From Verrucomicrobiota bacterium (GTDB lineage: Bacteria > Verrucomicrobiota > Lentisphaeria > Lentisphaerales > Lentisphaeraceae), in the NCBI GenBank assembly GCA_039798785.1, contig JBDKFG010000054.1, forward strand, positions 1 to 35,854: 35,854 nt of DNA, given 5' to 3'. Positions 8,113 to 17,774 of the stretch are shown in pieces (position 1 is the stretch's first letter; every line of letters begins with the position of its first letter). The translations under genes and the position numbers were made by a program. The notes under the pieces are model-generated. The model was not told the DNA's origin and ran no database searches. It worked only from the letters and a program-made list of their open reading frames with translations.

Positions 8113-9063
8113 CTACAGGCCGTTGTGGAGCTTGAGATGATCAGGGAAGCCAGTGAGGACGAATTGCTTCAGCAGGTAGTCCTGCTGGTATTTGCGGGCC
8201 CCTTCGCGGATGCGCAGGATCGGCACGATCAAGGGAATGAGCTCGCGGCGGTACTGATCTATGAGCTCGGCCAGGTGTTGGCGCTCGAAGGAATCGAGAT
8301 GATCGCTGAGGTAGCCGGCCATGTGCGTGAGCGCGTTGGCCGTGTTGCTGCGGCGCGGCGGCTTGTCGACAATTTGCGAAAAGCGCAGGAGGTAGCTCTC
8401 CGCCAGGGCGGGGTTGACCGTCTTCTTGCCGTCATGGGTGGCAAGAAGACGCCCGATCTCCCGCATGGCGCTTTGGTTATGGCTCATCAGACGGTACTTG
8501 TGGCGGGCGTGGAAGGCGCAGAGGTCGGCCACCTTGCTGCCCGCCGCCTGAAGGGCGCGAAATTCCGCCAGGGCGCAGATGCGGTAGAGGAAGTTCTCGC
8601 GCAAGGCCGCATCATAGAGACGGCCCTCCTCCTCCACCGGCAGCCAGGGCATCTCGGCCATCAGACGGGCGGCGAAGCGACCGCGGCCATCCTTGGCGGT
8701 CATGCCGTTTTCGCGGTAGAGCTTGACCCGCCAGGCGCCGCAACTGGGACTGGCGCTCTTCAAAACATAGCCGCAGAGATTCAGGGTCTTGAACTCCTCG
8801 AGACGGCGGGTCGCCACCTCGTCAATCATCGCGGTCTTGTCCTCGCCCTTGTCGTTGCCGATCAGGCGAACCTCGTCGCCGCTGCGCTGCAGCCGGATGG
8901 TCTCGCGCGGCACCCCCATGCCCGCTTCGGCCTCGGGACAGACCGGAAACCAATCGACCACCTTGGCGAGGTCCTTGACCAGGAAATCCTCGCGACAATG
9001 ACCACCGTTGAAGCGGACCGATTGACCAAGGAGACAAGCCGAGATGCCGAGAAGGGGTTTCAT
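8113..9063 (-). CDS. ybgA: DUF523/DUF1722 fusion (YbgA family; 2-thiouracil desulfurase-like N-terminal domain)
   Basis: Motifs GISACLLG..VRFNG, PVCPE, LKSASPSCG, LPVEEEGRL...LRENF, FHARHKY.LMSH and N.L.HMAGY. Confidence 0.92.
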   Translation of the reverse strand: MKPLLGISACLLGQSVRFNGGHCREDFLVKDLAKVVDWFPVCPEAEAGMGVPRETIRLQRSGDEVRLIGNDKGEDKTAMIDEVATRRLEEFKTLNLCGYVLKSASPSCGAWRVKLYRENGMTAKDGRGRFAARLMAEMPWLPVEEEGRLYDAALRENFLYRICALAEFRALQAAGSKVADLCAFHARHKYRLMSHNQSAMREIGRLLATHDGKKTVNPALAESYLLRFSQIVDKPPRRSNTANALTHMAGYLSDHLDSFERQHLAELIDQYRRELIPLIVPILRIREGARKYQQDYLLKQFVLTGFPDHLKLHNGL

Positions 9064-9075
9064 GGGAAGCTCACA

Positions 9076-9176
9076 GTTAGAGGTTAGAGGCTTAAAGTTT
9101 AAAGTCAGGAAAAGGTAGAAGGGGCTAGGTCAAGCGAAGCTTATCGCTTTTGAGCTGAACTTTAAATCTTAAAACT
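9076..9176. repeat. Inverted heptamer tandem repeats between cfa and ybgA
   Basis: Left arm gttagag gttagag gcttaaa gtttaaa gtcag; right arm ctgaactttaaatcttaaaact; central hairpin aagcga..tcgctt. Confidence 0.65.
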
Positions 9177-9179
9177 ATT

Positions 9180-10439
9180 TCAACGGCTTCCCGGCTTGGC
9201 CAGGACAAGGTGGGCGCAGCCGATTCGGCGTTCGCGGAAGGCCCCTTCGCAGTAGGCGAGATAATAGCGCCACATGCGGAGGAATTCCGGGTTGAAACGG
9301 CGCTCGATATCGCTGGCGTGCTGCATCAGCCTGCGGTGCCATTCCTTCAGGGTGTCGGCGTAGTGCTCGGCGTATTCGTCGAAGCCGGTGAGGCGGAGGT
9401 CGCTGCGGGTCTTGACGCAGTCCAGCATCCGCGCCACCGAAGGGATGGTGCAGCCGGGGAAGATGTAGCGCTTGATGAAGTCGACGTCCTTGCGAGCCTC
9501 GTCGTAGCGCTGGTCGGGGATGGTGATGGCCTGGAGAACGAAGAGACCGTCGGGCTTGAGGAGGCGCGAGCAGTGGTGGAAGTAGGCGGGGAGGAACTCG
9601 TGGCCGACCGCCTCGATCATCTCCACCGAAACCAGCTTGTCGTAGCTCCCCTCGAGGTCGCGGTAGTCCTTGAGCAAGACCTTCACTTTGTCGGCGAGGC
9701 CGGCGACGGCGACTCGTTCACTGGCCAGATTGAACTGCTCTTGCGAGATGGTGGTGGTGGTGACCCGGCAGCCGAAGCGCGAGGCGGCGTGGATCGCCAT
9801 CGCACCCCAACCACTGCCGATCTCCAGCAGGTGGTCGGTGGGGCGGAGGTCGAGTTTGAGGCAGAGGGTCTCGAGCTTGTGGAACTGCGCTTCTTCCAAG
9901 GTCGATTCGGGCTTGGGGAAGATGGCGCTGGAGTACATCATCGAGGGATCGAGGAAGAGAGCGAAGAAGTCATTGCCGAGGTCATAGTGGGCGCTGATGT
10001 TGCGGCGCGAGCCCTCGCGGGTGTTGCGGTCGAGCCAGTGCAGGCCGCGGAGCAAGGGACGGGCAAGCTGGCGCAGCCCCCCGTCGAGACCTTCGATCAC
10101 CTGCCAGTTGCGGCTCAAGAGGGCGATCAGGGCGGCCAGGTCCGGGCTGTCCCAGTCGCCGCGCATCCAGGCTTCGCCGGCGCCGACCGAGCCGCCGAGG
10201 ACCATGTCCGACCAGGTTTGCGGATGCCGGACGATCAGGCGAGCATGCAAAGGAGAGTCTTTTTGCCCGAAATGCTTTTCTTCGCCGCATTCCTCGATCA
10301 CCAGATGCCCTTGATCCATCAAGGCGAACTGCTTCAGCACCAGCGAGCGCGCCGTGCCGTCGCCGAGACGGAGGAGGCGGTTGAGGGAGAAGCGGCGGGT
10401 CGGAAGAGCGGCGGCGGGGCTGGCGGCGACGGAACTCAT
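9180..10439 (-). CDS. cfa: Cyclopropane-fatty-acyl-phospholipid synthase family SAM methyltransferase
   Basis: Motifs NISAHYDLGNDFF.LFLD..MMYSSA, LEIGSGWG, SVEMIEAVG, FIKRYIFPG and RMWRYYLAYCEGAF. Confidence 0.95.
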   Translation of the reverse strand: MSSVAASPAAALPTRRFSLNRLLRLGDGTARSLVLKQFALMDQGHLVIEECGEEKHFGQKDSPLHARLIVRHPQTWSDMVLGGSVGAGEAWMRGDWDSPDLAALIALLSRNWQVIEGLDGGLRQLARPLLRGLHWLDRNTREGSRRNISAHYDLGNDFFALFLDPSMMYSSAIFPKPESTLEEAQFHKLETLCLKLDLRPTDHLLEIGSGWGAMAIHAASRFGCRVTTTTISQEQFNLASERVAVAGLADKVKVLLKDYRDLEGSYDKLVSVEMIEAVGHEFLPAYFHHCSRLLKPDGLFVLQAITIPDQRYDEARKDVDFIKRYIFPGCTIPSVARMLDCVKTRSDLRLTGFDEYAEHYADTLKEWHRRLMQHASDIERRFNPEFLRMWRYYLAYCEGAFRERRIGCAHLVLAKPGSR

Positions 10440-10632
10440 GGCAGGGCCTCCTCAAGACTTTGGACATGCGGAAGATACGCGGCCGCCGCCCGGAGCTTAC
10501 AGGTGATTTCGCCGAATTCGCAAATTCCCGCCACTGGCTTCGATTTTGACGCCGATCTATCTGAGCGGACCGTAAGGAATGGCTGGCGATCGCGTATTAG
10601 TGGAAGACGCCACCAACCCGAGGAGCCGCCCG

Positions 10633-11190
10633 ATGAAACACCTCAGCATCTTGATGATTCTTTTGTCCGCTTTCTGCAGCCTCAGCTCCTGCGCCAGCCG
10701 CGAAGTCGGCCTTGGCGCCCTGCAGCCGGTGAAAGGCTTCCGCAGTTCGGAATATCTCGGCACCTGGTACGAGATCGCCCGATTCGACCATTTCTTCGAG
10801 CGCGGCCTGAGCCAGGTGACCGCCACTTATTCGCAACGCGAAGATGGAGGCATCCGGGTCCTCAACCGCGGCTTCGACGGGGCCAAGGGCGAATGGCGCG
10901 AGGCCGAAGGCAAGGCCTACCTGCTCGCCCCCGATCGCGGCCAATTGCGCGTCAGCTTCTTCGGCCCCTTCTACGGTCCCTACCTGGTTCTCGAGCTCGA
11001 CCCCCAGTACCGCTGGGCCCTGGTCTCCAGCGGCGACGGCTATCTGTGGATACTCTCCCGCACCCCCAAGCTTGAGCAAACGGTGATCGATCGCCTCCTT
11101 GCCCGCTCCCGCGAGCTCGGCTTCGACACCTCCAAATTCATCTGGGTGGAGCAGAAGGAAGCCCCGATCACGAGTGATCATAAAACTTGA
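10633..11190 (+). CDS. blc: Bacterial lipocalin lipoprotein
   Basis: Lipoprotein signal, then YLGTWYEIARFDH.FERG, LRVSFFGPFYG.Y and YLWILSRTP. An AGGAG SD lies upstream. Confidence 0.93.
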   Translation: MKHLSILMILLSAFCSLSSCASREVGLGALQPVKGFRSSEYLGTWYEIARFDHFFERGLSQVTATYSQREDGGIRVLNRGFDGAKGEWREAEGKAYLLAPDRGQLRVSFFGPFYGPYLVLELDPQYRWALVSSGDGYLWILSRTPKLEQTVIDRLLARSRELGFDTSKFIWVEQKEAPITSDHKT

Positions 11191-11357
11191 AGCTCCCGGA
11201 ATATCAGAGCTGCGATATCATCTCGACTTAAGTTAGGGCATTCGATAATGGACTCAGAAAGCCAGGCAATTTCGTCCTAAGCCATTTCTCCTGCGTGGAA
11301 ATACCGTCAACAAGACCGAATGTAGGCGTCCCCGAAAAACTCTGGAGAATCCGCGCG

Positions 11358-14081
11358 ATGAGCCACGGCACCCTGCAAGACTCTGTGATCTGCTGGAAAT
11401 GCAACACCGCCAATCCGAGCGCCGGCAAGGCGCCCGGCAGCCAGATCAACTGCCTGAAGTGCGGCAGTCAGATCGCGGTTCTGAATCCGGAGATGACCCG
11501 CAAGGTGCAGGCCGTGCCCGGCGCCGCCGAGATCCCGGCGCCGCCGCCGGTGGTGAAGATCTTCTGCACTTCCTGCAGCTCCAAGATCGAAGTCACCGGC
11601 CACACACCGGGCAGCAGCCTCAGCTGCCCGGCCTGCCAGACCTCTCTCAAGGTGCCTCAGCTGCAGCTCGGCGTCGACGCCAGCCTGAAGCTCTTCTGCA
11701 CCTCCTGCAATTCCAAGCTCGACCTGACCGGGCACAAGGGCGGGGCCAAGATCCCCTGCCCCTCCTGCCAGACCGCCCTGATGGTGCCCCAGGTCGACCG
11801 TCCGGCAGCGCCTTCGGAGAGCTCGGCCGGCAAGGTCCGGGTCAACTGTCCCCACTGCAGCAGCAAGCTCGACGCCAGCGGCTGGGAGCCGCTCCGCAAG
11901 GTCGACTGCCCGAACTGCCGCAAAAGCTTCATCCTGCCCAAGCGCTTCGGCAAGTTCCTCCTCGAGGAACAGATCGCACGCAACGCCTCCTTCACCATCT
12001 ACCGAGCCACCGACCTGGCTCTGGCACGCGAATGTGCCGTCAAGATCCTGGCGGCGGACCTGATGAAGAATCCCCGCCTCGTCGACGCCCTGGCCCGCAT
12101 CTCCGGCCAGGGAGCCCTGGTCACCCATCCCTCCGTCGTCCCGGTCTACGGATGGAACGAGGAAGAGGGCCAGGCCTTCATCGTCAGTCAATTCATGGTC
12201 TCCAGCGCCGCCGCTGCCCTGCAGAGGAACCGCGGCCCACTCCCCCTGCACCAGGCCTGCACCTTCATCCGCCAGGCCGCCCTGGGCCTCGAAGCCGCCG
12301 CTCGCAACGGCCTCTACCACGGCAACATCTGCCCGACCAATCTGATGATCGACAAGGAAGGCCTGGCCAAGCTCTCGGACTTCTCCATCGGCAGCACCCG
12401 GCTCAACCAGGCCGCCGACGCCTGGCCCGACGAAATCGCCGCTTGCGTCCAGCCGATGTACGTGTCGCCGGAAATGGCGCGCATGGGGCGCAACCCCGAT
12501 CCGGTCCGCGGCGACATCTTCTCCCTCGGCGCCACCTTCTATGAACTCCTCACCGGCAACAAGCCCTTCCTCGGCCGCACCTTCAAGGAAATCCTGCGCG
12601 AACGTCAGGACCGCCTGCCGCCGGCGCCCGCCAAGTCGCGGCCCGAGATCCCCGCCGCCCTCAGCGACTATGTCCTGAAGATGATGGCGATCGAGCCCGA
12701 GGCGCGCCCGGCCTTGCCGCGCGAGATCGCCGAGTTCCTCGAGCCCTACACCCAGGCGCCGGCTGCGCCAGTCACGCCGACGCCGGTTGCGGCTCCTCCC
12801 GCGCCCGCCGCGGCCCCGCCCGCCGCGGCAATCGCCCCTCCTTCCGCGCCGGACGCGGAAGCCTTGATGCTGATGGGCAAGGAGATCCCCTTCCCTGCAG
12901 CGTTGGCCCATCTCCCCAAGGACACCCGCATGGGCATCGTCCTCGGCACTGTCGGCGTCGCCGGGCTCCTCGCCCTGCTTCTCCTGGGAGCCATTTTCAG
13001 CGGCCCCTCCGCACCGCCGGTGACGGCCGAATCGGCGCCGCCGGCGCCCAAGCCCAAGGTCCCGGTGACCACCGGTCCGAAGACCCCTCCTGTGATCGCG
13101 AAATTCAGCGACTTCGACACTGCCAAGACGGCCAGCAACCCGCGCCTGGCCGGCAGCGTCGAGGAGATCCGGGCCTATGTCCGGCGCCAGGGCATTGAAA
13201 ACTTCTTCAGCGAGTTGCTCGGCAAGCAGCAGCAGGAAGCGGCGGTCCTCTACCTCTACGTCACCCCGGAATTCTCGGCCAAATCCCAGGAGACCCGGGT
13301 CCGCACGGCCGAATCGATCCGCGAATTCTGGGCAATGCGCTGCACCGAGAACCAGGTGATGCGCAGCAAAGAGAATTGCTACGTCTGCCTGGTCGATGAG
13401 AGCAGCCAGATCGTCGGCGGCTCCAAGCTCAATGCCGCCGCCGAAGTCTGGGGAGTCGAAGGAGCGGCGGTGATCCCCGAGCCCGTCCCCGCTCCGGCCG
13501 CCGCCGCCGGCAGCGACGCCCCACTGCCTCTGGCCATCGCCCTCAGCAAGCGCCCTCGCCCCGCCGACCTGAAGATCGACCTGATGACGCCGGAATTCCT
13601 CAATTACGTCGCCGACCTGCCCTCCGGCACCGCCCGCAGCCGCGAAGTGGAACGCCTGCGTCAGCTCGCCGCCATCCGCCCCTATCTCCAGCACGCCTTG
13701 GAGATGGCCCCCTGGGAAGGAGAGCTGATCCACGCCCAGCGCGGCCAGAGCAAGCTGATCCTCGGCGCCGACGCCGCCGGTCTCCGACTCGGACGCTCCG
13801 GCGCCGCGATCACGGTCGAAGCGAAATGGCAGGACTTCGGCATCTCGGAGTACATCAAGATCCTCGAGAGCTTCGCCCAGGCGCGCCGCGAGGCCGCCGC
13901 CGGCAGCCCCCTCGCCGCCAAGGCCGATGCCGCCGGCGGCGAAGATCTCTTCCGCGCCGCCCTGCTCGCCGACTGGTACGGTCTCAGCGCCGAGGCGCTC
14001 CGCCTCTCCGAGGCCGCGGTCAAGCTGCAGCCCGCCCTCGCCTCCCCCGCCAAGGCCCTGATCCCCTCGCAGGGCCGCTGA
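11358..14081 (+). CDS. Membrane Ser/Thr-kinase-like protein (probable pseudokinase) with four N-terminal zinc ribbons
   Basis: Eight CxxC motifs, then a Hanks-type fold (AVKIL, HPSVVPVY, HGNICPTN, DFS, YVSPE, GDIFSLGATFYELLTG.KPF), a Pro/Ala linker, one TM helix and C-terminal domains. Alternative start at 11295. Confidence 0.9.
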   Translation: MSHGTLQDSVICWKCNTANPSAGKAPGSQINCLKCGSQIAVLNPEMTRKVQAVPGAAEIPAPPPVVKIFCTSCSSKIEVTGHTPGSSLSCPACQTSLKVPQLQLGVDASLKLFCTSCNSKLDLTGHKGGAKIPCPSCQTALMVPQVDRPAAPSESSAGKVRVNCPHCSSKLDASGWEPLRKVDCPNCRKSFILPKRFGKFLLEEQIARNASFTIYRATDLALARECAVKILAADLMKNPRLVDALARISGQGALVTHPSVVPVYGWNEEEGQAFIVSQFMVSSAAAALQRNRGPLPLHQACTFIRQAALGLEAAARNGLYHGNICPTNLMIDKEGLAKLSDFSIGSTRLNQAADAWPDEIAACVQPMYVSPEMARMGRNPDPVRGDIFSLGATFYELLTGNKPFLGRTFKEILRERQDRLPPAPAKSRPEIPAALSDYVLKMMAIEPEARPALPREIAEFLEPYTQAPAAPVTPTPVAAPPAPAAAPPAAAIAPPSAPDAEALMLMGKEIPFPAALAHLPKDTRMGIVLGTVGVAGLLALLLLGAIFSGPSAPPVTAESAPPAPKPKVPVTTGPKTPPVIAKFSDFDTAKTASNPRLAGSVEEIRAYVRRQGIENFFSELLGKQQQEAAVLYLYVTPEFSAKSQETRVRTAESIREFWAMRCTENQVMRSKENCYVCLVDESSQIVGGSKLNAAAEVWGVEGAAVIPEPVPAPAAAAGSDAPLPLAIALSKRPRPADLKIDLMTPEFLNYVADLPSGTARSREVERLRQLAAIRPYLQHALEMAPWEGELIHAQRGQSKLILGADAAGLRLGRSGAAITVEAKWQDFGISEYIKILESFAQARREAAAGSPLAAKADAAGGEDLFRAALLADWYGLSAEALRLSEAAVKLQPALASPAKALIPSQGR

Positions 14082-14082
14082 G

Positions 14083-14430
14083 ATGAGCGACGACCCCTTC
14101 GCCGCGCTCGGCGCCTTGAAGTTCTCCGACGCCGAGATGCGCGACTTCGAAGCCCGCAAGGCCGAGGCCGCCGCCAAGGCGCCGAAGTTCGGCGGCGGAC
14201 TGGTCAAGATCCGCATCGAGAAAGCCGGCCGCGGCGGCAAGAGCGTCACCGTCCTCTACGACTTCGGAACCGAAGCACGGCCGCATCTCGACCCCTTGCT
14301 GGCGGAGCTGCGCCGACGCCTCGCCATTGGGGGCAGCCGCGACGGCGAGCGGCTCGAGCTCCAGGGCGACCAGCGGAGCCGCCTCTCCCAGGAGATGGCC
14401 TCTCTCGGATTCAAGCTCAAGGGATTGTGA
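14083..14430 (+). CDS. yciH: Translation initiation factor SUI1/YciH family protein
   Basis: Motifs IRIEKAGRGGKSVT, L..RLAIGGS.DG and LELQGDQR. Confidence 0.88.
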   Translation: MSDDPFAALGALKFSDAEMRDFEARKAEAAAKAPKFGGGLVKIRIEKAGRGGKSVTVLYDFGTEARPHLDPLLAELRRRLAIGGSRDGERLELQGDQRSRLSQEMASLGFKLKGL

Positions 14431-14483
14431 AAAGATCTCAAGCCCAGCTTTCACTCCTTCAACCCCAGCTTCAAAGGCTCTCC

Positions 14484-16481
14484 ATGAACGCCCTGCTCGC
14501 CCTGCTCGCCAGTCTCTGCATCGGCCAGGCGCTACCGGCCGAAGGCCTGCCGCCCTTCCCGTCCGCCGCCCCCAGCCCTCTCGGAGGCGCCGAACGGACC
14601 CGCGAAACCCAGCCGACGGTCAGGCACCTGCTGCTGCCGCCACAACGCCGGGTCGACCCGAAAAGCCTGCCCACCCATCCCGACCTCCGGGACCTGAAGC
14701 CCGGCGCCCTGCGGGAACACGCCAGCGGCCGGGTCTTCCGCAGCGCCGACGATCTCTGGGCCCTCTTCTCGCTCAAGGACGGCAAGATCGTCATCGACGG
14801 AGAGGAATGGGACCGCGCCGCGGAGATCCCCGCCGCACTCCAGGTCGCAGGCAACCTTTGCGAATTCCGCACCGGCGAGAACAACTGGATCGAAGCCTGG
14901 GTCGACGGACGTCTTCTCGCCTCTGGCCCACAAGTCCTCTGTTTTTCCGGCGCCGAACTCGCCGGGGCCGCGCACCTGGTCATCCGCACCAGCTGCGCCT
15001 CAGGCAGCAACCAGGGTCTGCGGCTTTACCGGATCTACGAAAGCGACTGGCTCGCCGCCTCCTCTCGCGAAGCGAAAGAATGGCTGCCCTTGGGCAGTGC
15101 CGCGCTCCGACAGCTCAACGCCGGCCCGGCCGTCTTCCTGAAGCGCGATTACGAATGCCAGGACGAAGCCGCCTGCCAGGACATCTCCCTGCACGCGGCC
15201 GCTCCGGTCGCAGCCGCCTGGATCAACGGCACCGAGATCGATCTCAACCGCCAGGGCCTGCCCGCCGGCCTGCTCAAGCCCGGACGCAACTCGATCGTCG
15301 TGCAAGTCGCCCCTCCCGTCGCCGCCGGTGCCTGTGAACTCCTCGGCTTGGAGAAGCGACAGCTGCTGCGCCTGCCGCAAACCCTAGAGGTGGCCGCCGG
15401 CCAGGCCATCGAAGTCCGCGTCGAAGATGGCGCGGCGCGCGTCCTGATTGACGGCGCCCCGCGCGGCTGGGCCCTGGCCGGCCAGCAAGGCGTTCTCTTC
15501 TCCGCCGCCCCCGGCAGACACCAAGTCGTCCTCGAATGGTGGCGCTGCGCCGAGACCTTGGCGAGACCCTCCGCCGCAGTCGCCCCCGCCGGCAGCTCGA
15601 GCTTGCGCCGTCTTGATTTCGCTCTCGAAGACCGCTGCAGCTCGACCGGCCAGCCCGAGTCGCCCTGGGCCCACCTGGCTCTCTTGCGCGGACGAGCCCT
15701 CCGCGCAGCCACTCTGCAACTCGCGCCCGAAGAGGCTGCCCTCGCCGGCATCTCGCTGCGCTTCGGCCTCCCCGGAGGACCTCTCCCCGCCAGCGACTAC
15801 CGCGTCCGGGTCAATGGCCAGGACGCGCCGGGCCGCGGCGGACTGCACCTCCTCGCCGGACTCCTCAAGGCGGGAGACAACCGTATCGAGATCGAACAGG
15901 TCGGCGGGGCGCCTCTTCCTGAACCGGCTCTCGATCTCCTCGCCCAGGCGCCTCGCCTGCCTTCTCTGGCACCGGAATCCGCCGCCGCCAGCACCAGCAG
16001 CCGCCTCGCGCTACCCGCAGGCCCCTTCGTCCTCAATCTCGAAGACGTCACCCTGAGCAGCTTCGGCGTCAATGGCCAAGGCGCGCTCGCCGCCGCCGCC
16101 CAGGGCGCCGGCCTGCTCGCCGCCCGGCCCCGCCTCCTGGCCTGGGAGGACAGCTTGCCTGACGGCCGCCCGGCTCTTGAGCTCGGATTCGAACGCCTCC
16201 GCACCTGGCTACGCCTTGAGGCTTCGGGGCGCCCCATCACCTTGCTGCTTCCTCCTCCCGGCGAAGAGCCCGGTTTCGGCGGCGTCGAGCAGGCGATCTT
16301 CCTGCAATGGCTGAAATCCCGTCCCGAAGGCAAGGACGCCCCTGCCGCCGACGCGGATCTGGAAGCCTTCGCTCGCAAGCGCGGCCTCTGGGAACAATGG
16401 CTCCGGGAGCGTCGCGAAGCCGCGATCGTCAAGCTGCGCGCCTTGATCGCCGAGGAATGCCCCCAGGCCAAGATCGAGTGA
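14484..16481 (+). CDS. Secreted hypothetical protein with beta-sandwich (galactose-binding-like) segments
   Basis: Signal peptide MNALLALLASLCIGQALPA. Jelly-roll-like motifs 'AWING...LLKPGRNSIVV' and 'VRVNG...LLKAGDNRIEI'. Alternative start at 14427. Confidence 0.7.
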   Translation: MNALLALLASLCIGQALPAEGLPPFPSAAPSPLGGAERTRETQPTVRHLLLPPQRRVDPKSLPTHPDLRDLKPGALREHASGRVFRSADDLWALFSLKDGKIVIDGEEWDRAAEIPAALQVAGNLCEFRTGENNWIEAWVDGRLLASGPQVLCFSGAELAGAAHLVIRTSCASGSNQGLRLYRIYESDWLAASSREAKEWLPLGSAALRQLNAGPAVFLKRDYECQDEAACQDISLHAAAPVAAAWINGTEIDLNRQGLPAGLLKPGRNSIVVQVAPPVAAGACELLGLEKRQLLRLPQTLEVAAGQAIEVRVEDGAARVLIDGAPRGWALAGQQGVLFSAAPGRHQVVLEWWRCAETLARPSAAVAPAGSSSLRRLDFALEDRCSSTGQPESPWAHLALLRGRALRAATLQLAPEEAALAGISLRFGLPGGPLPASDYRVRVNGQDAPGRGGLHLLAGLLKAGDNRIEIEQVGGAPLPEPALDLLAQAPRLPSLAPESAAASTSSRLALPAGPFVLNLEDVTLSSFGVNGQGALAAAAQGAGLLAARPRLLAWEDSLPDGRPALELGFERLRTWLRLEASGRPITLLLPPPGEEPGFGGVEQAIFLQWLKSRPEGKDAPAADADLEAFARKRGLWEQWLRERREAAIVKLRALIAEECPQAKIE

Positions 16482-16622
16482 TCCTGATCCGACTCCGCCG
16501 GAACTCGCTTGTGAACCACGCGACAAACCGTGTTCGTCTCGAATCAAAAAGCGCCACGGGAAAGCTCTCCCGTGGCGCTTCGACTCTCGAGTGTCGACCT
16601 GCGTTTCATCCTGGATCCAGGT

Positions 16623-17774
16623 TCAATACCCCCCGGGCCCCGGTCGCAAGCGGGCGTACTCCTGCAAGGCAAGAACCGCGAAAGCGGTAGGATAGGTGCG
16701 GCCGACCTGCGGGATCGGGAAGTCAAACCAGTAGCCGGCGGGGCCCTGATTGGCGACGATCTTCTCGGCGACCCAGTCGGCGCTGTCGAGATCCCTGGCG
16801 ACGGCGGCGCTCTGCATGGCGTAGTAGTGGCTGAACCAGGTGTAGTAGCCGGCGATGGCGCCGGGAGCCTGGTGCGGCACGTTGCGGCCGGCTCCGGCCA
16901 TGATCGCGCCGTGGGACTTGCGGTAGGCCTCCAAGGCGGCGGGAAGCGCGGCAGCACTGTCGCGATCTCCCGTCTCCGCCAACGCGAGATGGCAGAGGCA
17001 GGTGCGGCCGGCGGCGCCGTAGACGGTGCTGCCGGCGTTGGCGAAAGTGGCGCTCGAAGGGCCGTAGGCGAAGGCGGTGTCGGAAAGACGGCAGTAACGG
17101 ATCATCGCCGCGACCCCGTTCAGACGAGCGGCGTCCGCTTTCAGCCCGTGCCTGCCGGCGCGCAGCAGGGCCCTGAGCGCCACGGCGGAACAGAAGCTGG
17201 TGCTTTCGCTGCCGGTGGCCGGGCTCATCTGGACATCCATGTCGTAATAGGCGAAGCCGCCGTTCGCAGCCTGGACCTCGAGGAGGCGCTCGATGTCGCT
17301 CTGGGCGGCGGCGAGGATCTCGCCGCGGCGCTGCGGCGCCAGACCGCTGTCGAGCAGGGCGCAGAAGAACTCCAGGCGGTAGGAGCAGGACCAGACATTG
17401 TAGAAGGCGGCAGGAGCGCTGCGGCGGGGGCTGGGATGAGCCAGCTGCCAGGCAGCGAGCTTGTTCACCGCCGCCAGACAGCCGGCATCGCCTTTCGCCG
17501 CAGGCTCGAGCAAGGCCTGGCCGGCGAGGGCGCTGGCCGCCTGGATCAGGACATGCGCGGTGCCGGCGATGTTGCCGTCGGCATACACTTCGTCAGGCCT
17601 GCCGACATCGCTCTCCCCCCCCCAGGAGCCGTCGGGATTCTGATGCTCGAGCAGCCATCGGATGCCGCGCTCCTGCGAAGACTGGGCGGCTTGCTGCCGT
17701 CCCCAGGAACTGCACGAGACGCCCAGGAGCAGCGCGGCAAGGAAGGCGAAAAGGATCTGTATCCGGCCACGCAT
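16623..17774 (-). CDS. Exported prenyltransferase/squalene-oxidase (QW) repeat protein
   Basis: Signal peptide, then RGIRWLLEHQNPDGSWG, LLEVQAANGGFAY and IVANQGPAGYW. The start overlaps the stop of the upstream adaptor gene (17774-17777 region). Confidence 0.8.
   Translation of the reverse strand: MRGRIQILFAFLAALLLGVSCSSWGRQQAAQSSQERGIRWLLEHQNPDGSWGGESDVGRPDEVYADGNIAGTAHVLIQAASALAGQALLEPAAKGDAGCLAAVNKLAAWQLAHPSPRRSAPAAFYNVWSCSYRLEFFCALLDSGLAPQRRGEILAAAQSDIERLLEVQAANGGFAYYDMDVQMSPATGSESTSFCSAVALRALLRAGRHGLKADAARLNGVAAMIRYCRLSDTAFAYGPSSATFANAGSTVYGAAGRTCLCHLALAETGDRDSAAALPAALEAYRKSHGAIMAGAGRNVPHQAPGAIAGYYTWFSHYYAMQSAAVARDLDSADWVAEKIVANQGPAGYWFDFPIPQVGRTYPTAFAVLALQEYARLRPGPGGY

Noticed and set aside
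11307..14249. 980-aa minus-strand ORF, and similar long overlapping ORFs at 3928-4788, 6809-7696, 8125-9087, 9210-11075, 16530-17981, 19738-20760, 20859-22040, 26363-27934 and 28198-30471
   Set aside because: These are shadow ORFs antisense to well-supported genes. They are expected from high-GC codon bias and carry no recognisable motifs.
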